Part shown: piece after piece, positions 16,652-26,287 of the stretch
Layout of the letters: each line of letters begins with the position of its first letter
Numbering within the stretch: position 1 is the stretch's first letter
Source of the DNA: a virus
Lineage: Duplodnaviria > Caudoviricetes
Strand: one strand, 5' to 3'
IMG/VR virus record: IMGVR_UViG_3300030433_002535
Location: 1-54,229 of that record
DNA: 54,229 nucleotides
The notes under the pieces: generated by a model
The model's database searches: none
The model's input: only the letters and a program-made list of their open reading frames with translations
What the model was told of the DNA's origin: nothing
Program-made: the position numbers and the translations under genes

Positions 16652-18282
16652 TGTCCTATCCCATAATCAAGGGCCAAGGTGTCACTTGGGATGACGACGA
16701 TGGGAGGTTCATGATGTCCTTTCCCGACCCGAGCGGAATGACTGCAGATGGCATCTCCCATGCAGAAATCAACCCCTTCTTCATTCATCCCAAGACCGGG
16801 CAGTTAGTGGACCAGAACCAATTCCCCCATCGTTGGCCCATGGAAGGCCTAGCACACAGTGCTGCGCTCGATGTCATGCGCAAGTTCCCCCAGTTGGATT
16901 ACGCTAAAGCCTTGGGCTGGGTGAAGCAGAAACTCAATCAATCAGTCATTGATTTCAATAAGGAGATGGACGAGAAGGGTGATTCCTCTCACAGGCTCCC
17001 TCTCTACTTCGATGAGTTCGGGAACTTGAATGCCGATTGGGCTAGAGTCAATTATGGCAGTTACCAACCCAAGAAAACTCCTACTCACGAGAGGCAGACC
17101 AAGAACGCAGATGGGGTGGTGACCTTCCATACCAATAGCCACAAGGTAATCATCAACGGGCAGGACATGGGATACTTTCCAGAGAGCGGTGCATTTCCCA
17201 CATGGGAGTTTTTCAAGAGATACATCGATGCTTTAGACATACCCACTAACACAGTCACCAAGCCCCATGTAGACCCACAGGAGATGGTCATAGGTGACCA
17301 AGGGCAGAAAGGCCCAGTGACAAGGCACCTCAAGACTTGGGCTGCTCCCATGGGAGAATACGGAATGACACAAGCGGAGAAGGGTGGGAGGGAAATGTTG
17401 CATGTCGACCAAGCCATAGCAGGACTGGACCCCGCTTTCTTCTTGGATAGGGAGCAGCCACTAGAGCCTAAGGCAGAGCAAGAGCGGCTGAGCAATCTCC
17501 AAGCCGCAGGTCTCACTCCCCAAGAGTCTCAAGCGGTCTCTAGGTCAGCAGTCGGCTCCTTCTTCAACAGGGATTCAGCGAAAGGGCAGACTAGTGGCGT
17601 TAGCAGCGTCCTCACCCAACTCACTCGGAATATCATGGCAACGACTCAAATGAGCGCAGAGGACGTCCGACTGATGGCTCAGAAATACGTCAGGGGATAC
17701 CAAGCCCGAGGCATGGAAGACCGTGGCATTCATCACGAAAATGCTTCCGCTCTCATCGAAGCGCTTGCTCTCTCGCAAGTCGCTAGGGACATGGGAGCGG
17801 CTACGGGCCACGTGCCGACCTATTCGAGAGAGGCCATGAGAAGAGTGTCTGGTGGGGCGGAGATGCCACGATTAGTGCCTCGTGACGCTCCAGTGCGTGA
17901 CATGGATTTCAGCCATGTGAGGGGCGAGATGGAAGTCCCGCCATACCTACCCATGCAACCTGCATTAGTGGATACCCCCACTGTCGGACCCGGACGCTCT
18001 GAAGGAGAGGAATATGGCTCAGATACGAGATACATACAGACTTCAGCAGACAACATCAGTCAGTTGATGGAGCATCTCCAAATGGCTGACGCTCAAATGG
18101 ACACGAGCATCATGAAAGCCGTGTCCACCATCTCCGCTCCAGATGATTTGGCTAAAGCGTATGACCTGAGTTTGAACGACATCAACCTCATCAGGACAGC
18201 AAGAGGCGATTGGGAGCGTCTCGCGAAAACTCTAATGGTGACACCCCATGTCGTCAAGGTAGTGAAACTCTCACTCAGGTGA
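16648..18282 (+). CDS. Hypothetical protein with C-terminal tandem HTH-like region
   Basis: 544 aa; starts YPIIKG; ends DLAKAYDLSLNDINLI..WERLAKTLMVTPHVVKVVK. Confidence 0.75.
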   Translation: MMSYPIIKGQGVTWDDDDGRFMMSFPDPSGMTADGISHAEINPFFIHPKTGQLVDQNQFPHRWPMEGLAHSAALDVMRKFPQLDYAKALGWVKQKLNQSVIDFNKEMDEKGDSSHRLPLYFDEFGNLNADWARVNYGSYQPKKTPTHERQTKNADGVVTFHTNSHKVIINGQDMGYFPESGAFPTWEFFKRYIDALDIPTNTVTKPHVDPQEMVIGDQGQKGPVTRHLKTWAAPMGEYGMTQAEKGGREMLHVDQAIAGLDPAFFLDREQPLEPKAEQERLSNLQAAGLTPQESQAVSRSAVGSFFNRDSAKGQTSGVSSVLTQLTRNIMATTQMSAEDVRLMAQKYVRGYQARGMEDRGIHHENASALIEALALSQVARDMGAATGHVPTYSREAMRRVSGGAEMPRLVPRDAPVRDMDFSHVRGEMEVPPYLPMQPALVDTPTVGPGRSEGEEYGSDTRYIQTSADNISQLMEHLQMADAQMDTSIMKAVSTISAPDDLAKAYDLSLNDINLIRTARGDWERLAKTLMVTPHVVKVVKLSLR

Positions 18283-18286
18283 ACCC

Positions 18287-20176
18287 ATGCAGTTGCCAGA
18301 TGACATAGAAGTCTTTCGCATCGCCTATGGTGATGAGCGTGCAGTCATCAAGTTCATGCTCCGAGAAGGAGCCAATTACGAGGAAATTCACCAAGTCATA
18401 TACGGGGAGGACCCTATCCTCAAAGCCACAAGGGAGGGCGACAGGACTCTCGTTGACACTGAGAGGTACGGGCAGTTGAACTTTCCGGGAGGGCATGGCA
18501 CTAGAGAGAACTACGCAGCGCGTCGAAGGTGGCTGAGGAACCAGCCAGAGTTGTACAACCCGGAGACTAGGCAGTACGAGCATCCTAATGTGGGTGTGGC
18601 CAAGCCCGGCATGTTCGATAGGCTCAAGCGATGGCATAGCACTAGGAGAGCGAACCAGAAACGAGCCGAAGAGAGGCACAAAATCGGTCGGGACTTGTAT
18701 CGAGGTCTAACTCACATACTATCGGACGAGTCAATTACTCACGAGCAATTGATGGAACTTCTCAGTGGTATGAATTGGACTGCTGCAGAGCACGGAGCAG
18801 GCGGGTTCCTCGACGAGGAGACACCTGAGAGAGACCCAGCGACAGACCCCACCCTCACGCAGGCAGTTGCATCAGTCACTGAAGACGCGAAGAAAAAGAA
18901 AAAGGAAAAGGAGAGAACTGGAGAGGGGGGTGAAGAGACAGCAGCACCTGTCCCCGCTGATGGGAGTGAAGGAGGGGTAGACACAGAGGCAGTCGTCGAA
19001 GATGCAATCGAACGTCGAATAGAGGAAGGAGACAGTCCTGCAGAAGCGATAGAAACCGTGCTTTATGCGTTGCACGACCCTGATTATGCAAAGGAGAAGG
19101 GCCTAGAAGGCCATCACTTCGCTTACAACATGGGAGTGCACGGACTCATAGGAGCAGAGAAGGGTGCAGACCCGGACCCAGATTTGGCCCCTCCACCATT
19201 CTGGAATAAGGAGTCCAGAAACTGGCCGCCGATACACGTAGGCGATGATGGTGGGATAATCAGATACAATCCAAATCAAATCCGCGACGAAGAGCCTCCG
19301 TGGATGGAGGCCCTCAGGGAGAGAACAGGTACGAGAGGAAGTGGGAAGCGTGGTGTTGGGGCCATGACTAACCCAACAGTCGCTAGAGTGCTCACTGGTC
19401 ATATGATAGGGCAGGAAGGCGCTTCCTCGCTACTCGCTCCGAAAGAGGACAATAGCATTGACTTCAAAGGGCTCTACAGCGCTTTAGACAGAGCCAAGCA
19501 ACACTTCAAGGGAGACCCGTACAACTTGCGTGAGAGGTACAACATACCCGAAGGCGAGGGCAGGGGCTGGCCTCTCGGAGTGTTTGATAATCAAATGATA
19601 GGGGCCAAGCCATTGCACTGGGTCAAAGACATACTCCCAGCGTGGTTGGATGACCCGAGGATGCTCCAAGAGGGCTACCCGCTCCACCTATTGGGGGTCA
19701 CGCCCGAGAACGCAGGCATTCTCAGAGAGGCGATGGCCAAGGAGACTGCTAGGCTGGAAGAGATTGAGGCAGAGAGGAAGAGGAAGCGCAGAATAGGAGT
19801 AGGGAACTTCAGTGGGCCATCAACCGACGAAGCCGGAGAAGAAAGTGGAGGGACACCGCCCGGAGGGTCACCGCCCGGAGGGTCACCGCCCGGAGGGACA
19901 GCCCAAGTTGACCAAACTAAAATCGCAGATATTGCCGCTGAAGTGGAGGAGGCTTTGGGCGCGGGGCCCCCTGTAGAAGGAGGAGCCATGACCACTTCTC
20001 CGATGTGTGCGTCTTGCGCTCAGCCTGTCCCTCTCACTCATGTTGAGCCTGAGACAGGAGGCCAGATTTGCACAGCGTGTGCTCAAGAGAGAGGCCTCAT
20101 TCAATCCTCAGATACGCAAATGAGCCTAGACCCCTTCAATCTTGCATGGGGGCGCCTCTTGAAGGGGCGTGATTGA
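18287..20176 (+). CDS. Hypothetical protein with C-terminal zinc finger and C-terminal tag
   Basis: 629 aa; DPILKA near the N-terminus; GG[TS]PP repeats; CASC..CTAC; ends IQSSDTQMSLDPFNLAWGRLLKGRD. Confidence 0.78.
   Translation: MQLPDDIEVFRIAYGDERAVIKFMLREGANYEEIHQVIYGEDPILKATREGDRTLVDTERYGQLNFPGGHGTRENYAARRRWLRNQPELYNPETRQYEHPNVGVAKPGMFDRLKRWHSTRRANQKRAEERHKIGRDLYRGLTHILSDESITHEQLMELLSGMNWTAAEHGAGGFLDEETPERDPATDPTLTQAVASVTEDAKKKKKEKERTGEGGEETAAPVPADGSEGGVDTEAVVEDAIERRIEEGDSPAEAIETVLYALHDPDYAKEKGLEGHHFAYNMGVHGLIGAEKGADPDPDLAPPPFWNKESRNWPPIHVGDDGGIIRYNPNQIRDEEPPWMEALRERTGTRGSGKRGVGAMTNPTVARVLTGHMIGQEGASSLLAPKEDNSIDFKGLYSALDRAKQHFKGDPYNLRERYNIPEGEGRGWPLGVFDNQMIGAKPLHWVKDILPAWLDDPRMLQEGYPLHLLGVTPENAGILREAMAKETARLEEIEAERKRKRRIGVGNFSGPSTDEAGEESGGTPPGGSPPGGSPPGGTAQVDQTKIADIAAEVEEALGAGPPVEGGAMTTSPMCASCAQPVPLTHVEPETGGQICTACAQERGLIQSSDTQMSLDPFNLAWGRLLKGRD
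19847..19900 (+). repeat. 15-bp tandem repeat (GGAGGG[AT]CACCGCCC) x3.6 encoding GG[TS]PP
   Basis: Read directly from the sequence. Confidence 0.9.
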
Positions 20177-21579
20177 GTGTGTCCAACAATATCCCGCAAG
20201 TCATAGAGGACATAGACTGGGAGATGGCCAAGAAGGACTTCAAGTTCTTCTTCGAGGAGATACTAGGCTGGCAGTTGGCTGACCATCATGCCAAGTGGTT
20301 CCACAACCTCAACACCCACAAACGATACTGCGTGAAAGCATCTCGAGACCACGGCAAATCTACTTTGTTCCTTGGCTATTTGCTATGGAAGGTCATATTC
20401 ACCCCACGCTTGGATACGATGATTTTCAGCCACAGCCTCGACCAATCCATCAGGCACATGAGAGGTCTCAATGACTTGATTGAGTCCAGTCCCATGCTAG
20501 CGAAGATGAAGGACAAGGACGCTTGGTCCAAGACGTTCTTCGGCTTCACCAACGGTTCGAGAATCAACGCCAAGTCAGTCGGTGGTGGTGTCAGAGGTGC
20601 TCACCCGGACCTGATTCTGCTGGATGACATACTCTGGGGGACCACGGACACCGAACTGCAGCGTGTCGCATCTTGGTTCTACGAGGTTCTAGTCCCCACG
20701 CTCCACCACACATCCCAACTCTGCATAGTGGGTACTCCGTTCACCCCTACTGATTTGTACACCGAATTGGAGAGGAGAGAGGGTTATCTCGTCGAGACCT
20801 ATCCTGCTATCAATGAGAAGGGGGAGCCCCTATGGCCATGGCGCTGGTCCTTGGAGGCACTGGATGCTCGAAGGATGGACATGCCAGCCATTGCCTTCAC
20901 TCGTGAGTACCTCTGTGAGCCAATGGACGACATGTCCAGCCTCTTCCCATCCACAGTGGTCAATGCCTGCAAAGACCCCCATCTGACTCTCATAGATAGG
21001 AGGCACGATGACGACGACAGTCAGTACTTCATAGGATGGGACCCTGCCATATCCTCGGACAGACAGGCTGATTTCACAGTGATGCTAGTGCTACGTAGAC
21101 CATCTGATGCACCAGAGACTCTGGAAATCGTCCATGTCGTGCGTCGCAAGGGCATGGACTTCCGAACTCAAATCATAGAAATACAACGCCTGAATAGTAA
21201 GTTCCGTCCTGATGTAATAGAACTTGAAGCAAACCACTTCCAACGTGTGTTCGCTACCGAACTGAGGGCGGATACAGATTTGCCCATCAAGACTTTCATC
21301 AGTACCAAGCAAAGGCGTGAGAGTCTTCTTATGGGTCTAGTACTTCGGTTCGAGCGAGAGCAGATTCGCTTGCCATGGGGAGATGAGAGGTCACGAGAAC
21401 TAATCAGCCAATTGGAGCACGAACTAATCATGTTTGGTATGAGCAAAGAAGGCAAGTTAGACAGCATCGCCCGTCATGACGACTTCGCCATAGCCCTCGC
21501 TCTGGGCAATTGGGCTACCACTGAGTTCCGTGAGAGAATCATAGACTTGGATGCACTCATGTCGGGGTTGATAGACTGA
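20173..21579 (+). CDS. terL: Terminase large subunit
   Basis: Walker A ASRDHGKST, GGGVRGAH, Walker B LILLDD, coupling motif VGTP, RNase H-like nuclease IGWDPA and C-terminal HDDFAIALAL. Confidence 0.95.
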   Translation: MSVSNNIPQVIEDIDWEMAKKDFKFFFEEILGWQLADHHAKWFHNLNTHKRYCVKASRDHGKSTLFLGYLLWKVIFTPRLDTMIFSHSLDQSIRHMRGLNDLIESSPMLAKMKDKDAWSKTFFGFTNGSRINAKSVGGGVRGAHPDLILLDDILWGTTDTELQRVASWFYEVLVPTLHHTSQLCIVGTPFTPTDLYTELERREGYLVETYPAINEKGEPLWPWRWSLEALDARRMDMPAIAFTREYLCEPMDDMSSLFPSTVVNACKDPHLTLIDRRHDDDDSQYFIGWDPAISSDRQADFTVMLVLRRPSDAPETLEIVHVVRRKGMDFRTQIIEIQRLNSKFRPDVIELEANHFQRVFATELRADTDLPIKTFISTKQRRESLLMGLVLRFEREQIRLPWGDERSRELISQLEHELIMFGMSKEGKLDSIARHDDFAIALALGNWATTEFRERIIDLDALMSGLID

Positions 21580-22946
21580 CGTGGGGCACTCTAGTCATAG
21601 GAGACGACTACGACTCAATAGTCAAGCAGGAAGACGCTGACCGCTATTGGGTCACTAGTCAATTGCTACAGCACCCACTCTTGAAGAGCGGTGTCATTCT
21701 CGATGAGGGTCTGGAAGTAAAGCCGCAGTTTCGTTCAGAGACCCAGAAGGCTGAGCCTAGCGACCTTACTGTGGGGTGGTTCGACTCAACTTTCGGTATC
21801 GATGCCAATGACTTGGTCAAGAACCTCCGACGCAGGCGCCGAGTGCACAAAGCCTATCGTGACGAAATAGACGACACCATTTCCCTCATTCGCCTTCTCA
21901 AGATGATGGAAGTCGATTCCACTCTGCAAGCCATACCGTGGATTGATGGCTATGAAGACACAATCAAGAGTCTTGGAGTCTCCGACCGGGATTTGAAGTC
22001 ATTGAGAAAATTCGCGATAAGCAGAGAGGTCTCTCTCAAGCAAGCGTGCTTGCAATGGGACAATGCCAACGAAGTGATTACCAAACTCACAGCGATAGAC
22101 GACCTCAACGCAGACCAGAGGAGCCTATGGGCAGAAGCGGCAGAGCAGAGGCTCGACGCCAAGAAGATGTGGAGAAACACACTGCATCAGACTGATAATC
22201 TCAACAAGGATGAAAATTTTTGGCTAGCGGAGGCTTCTAGTCTGCTTTTGGAGAATGGCCCCATGGCCTCTAGGCAGATAGTAGAGCGCCTGATTGACCA
22301 TGATGCACGAAACAAGAGCCTGACCGTGCAGAAGATGGGAGCCCTCCTGAAGATGTACGGAGGGGAATACGACATCGTGAGAAATGGCACTCGATGGGAG
22401 TGCGAGGAGATAAATCAGGATTTGCTGCTCAAAGACCCATGGGCCTATGCTGCTGGCTTCTTAGACGCTGACGGTTACATCACCATCACCAAGAGGGGTG
22501 AGCCCAGAGCAGGCATGATAGCGACTGGCACCAGAGGGAGAGTGCATTGCGAGCAGATGCACAAGACCTTGGGTTGTGGTGTACTGCAACTAGATTTGAA
22601 GATACACAAGAACAGCCGTCGCAGTCAGCACCGCCTTCAATTCTATGGTGCCGATGACTTGAGAAAACTTCTCAAGGGGGTAAGCCCCCATCTCCGATTG
22701 AAGAAAACGCAAGCAAACGCAGTTCTGGAACTGCTGAGCCTGAGAGGGAGAGGCAGTGACATCGCCAAGAATCGCAGAGTCGATTTGTACCGAGTCGTGA
22801 AATATGCGAATTGGCAAGACGTCAGAGGGAAAGAACTCCTAGATGAGTGGAAGGTTGATGAACAAGACCTCATCTCAATGGAAGCGATAGACCCTGAGGT
22901 CATACGTCTGGTTGATGACGCTGAGAACTTAATGAGTGATATTTAA
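21576..22946 (+). CDS. Multidomain protein: helical region, winged-HTH-like region, C-terminal LAGLIDADG domain
   Basis: YAAGFLDADGYITI is a LAGLIDADG helix, followed by LGCG..PHLRLKKTQA. The frame is open from 21534; the likely start is CTG at 21576 (ORF track uses TTG 21663). Confidence 0.8.
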   Translation: MTWGTLVIGDDYDSIVKQEDADRYWVTSQLLQHPLLKSGVILDEGLEVKPQFRSETQKAEPSDLTVGWFDSTFGIDANDLVKNLRRRRRVHKAYRDEIDDTISLIRLLKMMEVDSTLQAIPWIDGYEDTIKSLGVSDRDLKSLRKFAISREVSLKQACLQWDNANEVITKLTAIDDLNADQRSLWAEAAEQRLDAKKMWRNTLHQTDNLNKDENFWLAEASSLLLENGPMASRQIVERLIDHDARNKSLTVQKMGALLKMYGGEYDIVRNGTRWECEEINQDLLLKDPWAYAAGFLDADGYITITKRGEPRAGMIATGTRGRVHCEQMHKTLGCGVLQLDLKIHKNSRRSQHRLQFYGADDLRKLLKGVSPHLRLKKTQANAVLELLSLRGRGSDIAKNRRVDLYRVVKYANWQDVRGKELLDEWKVDEQDLISMEAIDPEVIRLVDDAENLMSDI

Positions 22947-24805
22947 TGGCAGAAGAAAGCAGAATTACTCGTTTCCTCGATAGGATGACCAAGCCCTTCC
23001 GGCGCAAGACCACTCCCGAGCCGATAATGCCCCTCTGGAAATCGGGCATACAGGAACCAGTCCTAGTCCAAGGAGTCAGCATACCCGCTCTCTATGCCAC
23101 GGTCCAAGAGAGCATAATACTGAGAACCACCATGAATACCCTGTGTCAGGAGATATTCAGGAGGGGCTTCTACTGGAAGAGGAAGTTCCACAAGAAGTGC
23201 CTTTCCTGCGATGAGGAGTACCAGCATGACGTCGATGAGTGCAAACTCTGTGGTAGTGACGAACTCAAAACAGCAGACCCCGACCAGATAATCTACCCTC
23301 GCTGGTTCATCCAGCAGCGCAATGGCATGGACCAGTCCTTCATGGACGTCCTCCGTGAGATTGAGTGGGACCTGAACATCGTAGACGACGGGTTCTACAT
23401 ATTGGTCAAGGACTACTACTTGGACCCCAAAGACGGCAGCATCCAGTTCTACCGAGTCCGTGACATGGTGCGAGGCGACCCCACCTTCATGCGCATCGTG
23501 TCGGACAAGAGGGGAGTCAGAGGGGGCCGTTATCTCGTATGCCCCGTCCACAGAGACAAGACCTACCCCCACAGCCATGAGAGTCAGAAGTGCGAAGTGT
23601 GCAATCTAGACCTCCAAGACGTCCATTTCATCAATACTGCAGGGTCAGGCAAGACCCAGTACTACATCGAAGGTGAAGTAGTCCACGTCTCGAAGTTCAA
23701 TCCCTCGAAACTCTATGGTCGAAGCCCAGTGGCCACGCTCTGGAGGCAGGCAATGACATTGACTGCCATGGACAACTACATGTACCTCGCTTACCAGAAG
23801 AGGAGAATACCTCGAGGCGTCTTGGCCATAACCACTGACAACATACAGTCCACTGCCTCATTCTGGAAAGGCGCAGAGGAGAAGATGGAGCGTGACCCGA
23901 ATTACATTCCCAAGGTTGGCATAGAATCAGCCACAGGCAGGGGTCGAGTCGAGTTCGTGCGCTTCATGGACTCCCTCGATGAGATGCAGTACGGAGCAGT
24001 TCGTGATGAGTTGAGAATGCGCATAGCAGCCTTCTATGGGGTCTCCAACATCTTCATGATGGATAGCGGGAAAGGGGGAGGGCTCAACAACGAAGGGTTG
24101 CAGATTCTCGTTACCAATAGAGCAGTCGAGTTCGGACAGAAGTTGTACAAGAGAGATGTCTTCCCTCGCATATTCAAGGAAATGGGCATGACAGACTGGG
24201 AATTGACTCTCTATCCGAACGAGGAGGAAGACGACGTCACCCGCCTCCGTAGAGATGAGATGGAAGTCAATATCGCTCAGAGAATGCAACAACTAGGTTT
24301 CCAGCCTGAATTGACAGAGGATGCAGGCAGGGATATCCGCTTCGTGTACCGAAAGCCCTCCCCAGAGGAAATGCAGCAGCAAGAGGAGTTGCAGAACGTC
24401 CAACAACCCGGTGGTGGAGGTGCAGCGCCACCACCAGCGCCACCACCAGCGCAGGCTCGTCCAGCAATGCCAATGGCCCCCGGTGGCATGCCTATGGCCC
24501 CCGGTGGCATGCCTATGGGAAGAGTCCCAATGAGGGGACCAATGGGGCCGACCGGGATGCCATTACCACAGGGTGGAGCACCACCTCCCGGCGGAGTTCC
24601 AATCATGATGATGGAGAAAGGAGTGACTGGAGTGCAATCACCCGGCTCTACAGGTAGGGACCACCAGTTGTCTGGAGGGCGCAAGAAGACCAAGCAGCGA
24701 GGAGAGGAGGACTCTCCCGAAGTCAAGGCCCAGAAACAGATAGAGCAAGCCATGGAACAGGCTCAAGACCCCATGGGCAAGCAACCCAAATCCAATCTCT
24801 CCTAA
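22946..24805 (+). CDS. Portal protein with zinc-ribbon insertions and Pro/Gly/Met-rich tail
   Basis: Position after TerL; portal-like LYGRSPV, IPRGVL and RIAAFYGVS motifs; CLSC..CKLC and CPVH..CEVC insertions. Confidence 0.88.
   Translation: MAEESRITRFLDRMTKPFRRKTTPEPIMPLWKSGIQEPVLVQGVSIPALYATVQESIILRTTMNTLCQEIFRRGFYWKRKFHKKCLSCDEEYQHDVDECKLCGSDELKTADPDQIIYPRWFIQQRNGMDQSFMDVLREIEWDLNIVDDGFYILVKDYYLDPKDGSIQFYRVRDMVRGDPTFMRIVSDKRGVRGGRYLVCPVHRDKTYPHSHESQKCEVCNLDLQDVHFINTAGSGKTQYYIEGEVVHVSKFNPSKLYGRSPVATLWRQAMTLTAMDNYMYLAYQKRRIPRGVLAITTDNIQSTASFWKGAEEKMERDPNYIPKVGIESATGRGRVEFVRFMDSLDEMQYGAVRDELRMRIAAFYGVSNIFMMDSGKGGGLNNEGLQILVTNRAVEFGQKLYKRDVFPRIFKEMGMTDWELTLYPNEEEDDVTRLRRDEMEVNIAQRMQQLGFQPELTEDAGRDIRFVYRKPSPEEMQQQEELQNVQQPGGGGAAPPPAPPPAQARPAMPMAPGGMPMAPGGMPMGRVPMRGPMGPTGMPLPQGGAPPPGGVPIMMMEKGVTGVQSPGSTGRDHQLSGGRKKTKQRGEEDSPEVKAQKQIEQAMEQAQDPMGKQPKSNLS
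24425..24518 (+). repeat. Coding tandem repeats in the portal tail (GCGCCACCACCA x2; 21-bp ATGGCCCCCGGTGGCATGCCT x2)
   Basis: Read directly; they encode APPP and MAPGGMP repeats. Confidence 0.85.
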
Positions 24806-24843
24806 GCAATAGATTAATGAGCGAAGCGGCTCTGGACGGAGCG

Positions 24844-25197
24844 ATGTCGGACCTCATCGTCAAACTAGACCCCATGGTCAGAAAACTAGAAACCAGTATT
24901 TCTGAATTCAAAAGCGCACTCCAGAACAATGACTTGGTCGCTGCTCAGCAGTTCCTCAGGTCGATTGCCCAGACCAGCGATTACCTCTCTGAGGATGTCA
25001 CTTCCATCTACAAATCAGATACCGAGGCAAACAAGGCCGTTGGAGTGAATGACATCTATGCCGGAGGTGTCCCAGTCATGGAATTCAAAGACCAAGGCGC
25101 TATCATCAAGGGTGACAGGCCAGCAGGTTACATAGGCCCCGATGGCATTCAATCTAATTGGCGCCCTCAGCACGGATTCGGTCAGAGGGTAGACTGA
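24844..25197 (+). CDS. Small head-module protein
   Basis: ATG at 24844 lies ~30 nt after GATTAATG (ORF track start 24817); IYKS, ANKA and IIKG sites. Confidence 0.7.
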   Translation: MSDLIVKLDPMVRKLETSISEFKSALQNNDLVAAQQFLRSIAQTSDYLSEDVTSIYKSDTEANKAVGVNDIYAGGVPVMEFKDQGAIIKGDRPAGYIGPDGIQSNWRPQHGFGQRVD

Positions 25198-25553
25198 TGT
25201 CAGACGATGTCAACACACTAGTGGGTGCTCTCATCACCAAGATGGAACGCATGGATAGTGACATAGACATACTCAAAGCGCAGAATGTCATACTCAAGGG
25301 CATGGTCGATAACCCTGAAACCCTGCTAAAGCAGGCTGGGTTCATCAAAGCGACCACTCCTGCTACCGAGGACGTATGGGGAGACCCTCTCAGAGGCGAG
25401 AGGAACGAAGTCATAGAGAAAGCCGCCATCGCCATAGATGGGGTAATGGTCATGCCTGAGTCCAATGCCGATTGGCATGAGATGGACTGGGATGAGATTC
25501 ACGCGATGGCTAATGATGCCGCGCAAGCAGAAGGAAGGCCGGTGGACATATGA
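25197..25553 (+). CDS. Small coiled-coil head protein with scaffold-like C-terminal motif
   Basis: TGATG coupling; ends EMDWDEIHAMA, similar to the protease/scaffold end QMSWDDVHRLA. Confidence 0.75.
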   Translation: MSDDVNTLVGALITKMERMDSDIDILKAQNVILKGMVDNPETLLKQAGFIKATTPATEDVWGDPLRGERNEVIEKAAIAIDGVMVMPESNADWHEMDWDEIHAMANDAAQAEGRPVDI

Positions 25554-26269
25554 AACCAATGAAAGTAACAGCAGGGGAGCACGCTCCTGACCTAGATGAA
25601 TTGCTAGAGAAAGCCCAAAGCATGGATGATATGCTCGCTAAGGTTGCAGATTTGAGAGACGATTCGCAAATGCGAAACATCACTGGTGTCGAAGAGGCTC
25701 CTATGACTCACTACTGGACTAATCAAATGCAACCGGAAGAGGGAATAGAGTCAGTTGCAAACAAGGGTGCACACAGTGAGACCATCTCCTTCGACACCAA
25801 CACCAACCCACACCAGACGGGCTCCACTCTATCGGCTCATGAGAACACCGCTGGTGGCATCCAGAAGGCTTCCAAGAAACCAAAGCCAGACTATCTAGAC
25901 ATGGATGGTGATGGTAATAAGAAAGAGTCCATGAAAGACGCTTTGAAAGATGACAAGAAGGTCAAGAAGGCTGGGCCTCTAGACGCTCTACTCAGTGGTG
26001 GAGGAGGGCCACCCGGCGCAGGCGGGCCACCCGGTGGTATGCCAAAGCCCCCTATGGGTGGTGACAAGCCCCCCATGGGCGATACGGACGACATGGGCGA
26101 TGATGACCCAGACGAACTCGCTGACCGAATCAAAGGGCTAGTCGATAAACTAGCAAGCAAGTCAGGTGGGCCAGAGAAGATGCCACTGCCACCCGGAGGG
26201 CCACCCGGCGCAGGCGGGCCACCCGGTGGTATGCCAAAGCCTCCCGGACCACCCGGCGGACCGATGTGA
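25550..26269 (+). CDS. Low-complexity head-module protein with EF-hand-like DxDxDG loop and Gly/Pro repeats
   Basis: KPDYLDMDGDGNKKESMKDAL; duplicated GGPPGAGGPPGGMPKPP. Confidence 0.78.
   Translation: MKPMKVTAGEHAPDLDELLEKAQSMDDMLAKVADLRDDSQMRNITGVEEAPMTHYWTNQMQPEEGIESVANKGAHSETISFDTNTNPHQTGSTLSAHENTAGGIQKASKKPKPDYLDMDGDGNKKESMKDALKDDKKVKKAGPLDALLSGGGGPPGAGGPPGGMPKPPMGGDKPPMGDTDDMGDDDPDELADRIKGLVDKLASKSGGPEKMPLPPGGPPGAGGPPGGMPKPPGPPGGPM
26003..26241 (+). repeat. Perfect 47-bp direct repeat (26003-26049 and 26195-26241)
   Basis: GGAGGGCCACCCGGCGCAGGCGGGCCACCCGGTGGTATGCCAAAGCC occurs twice. Confidence 0.9.
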
Positions 26270-26287
26270 TGTTGAGGTGGTGACGGT

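Noticed and set aside
20173-22946. Intein or intron associated with the terminase/LAGLIDADG genes
   Set aside because: TerL is normal length and uninterrupted, and there are no intein N-terminal Cys or His-Asn splice junctions around the LAGLIDADG domain.
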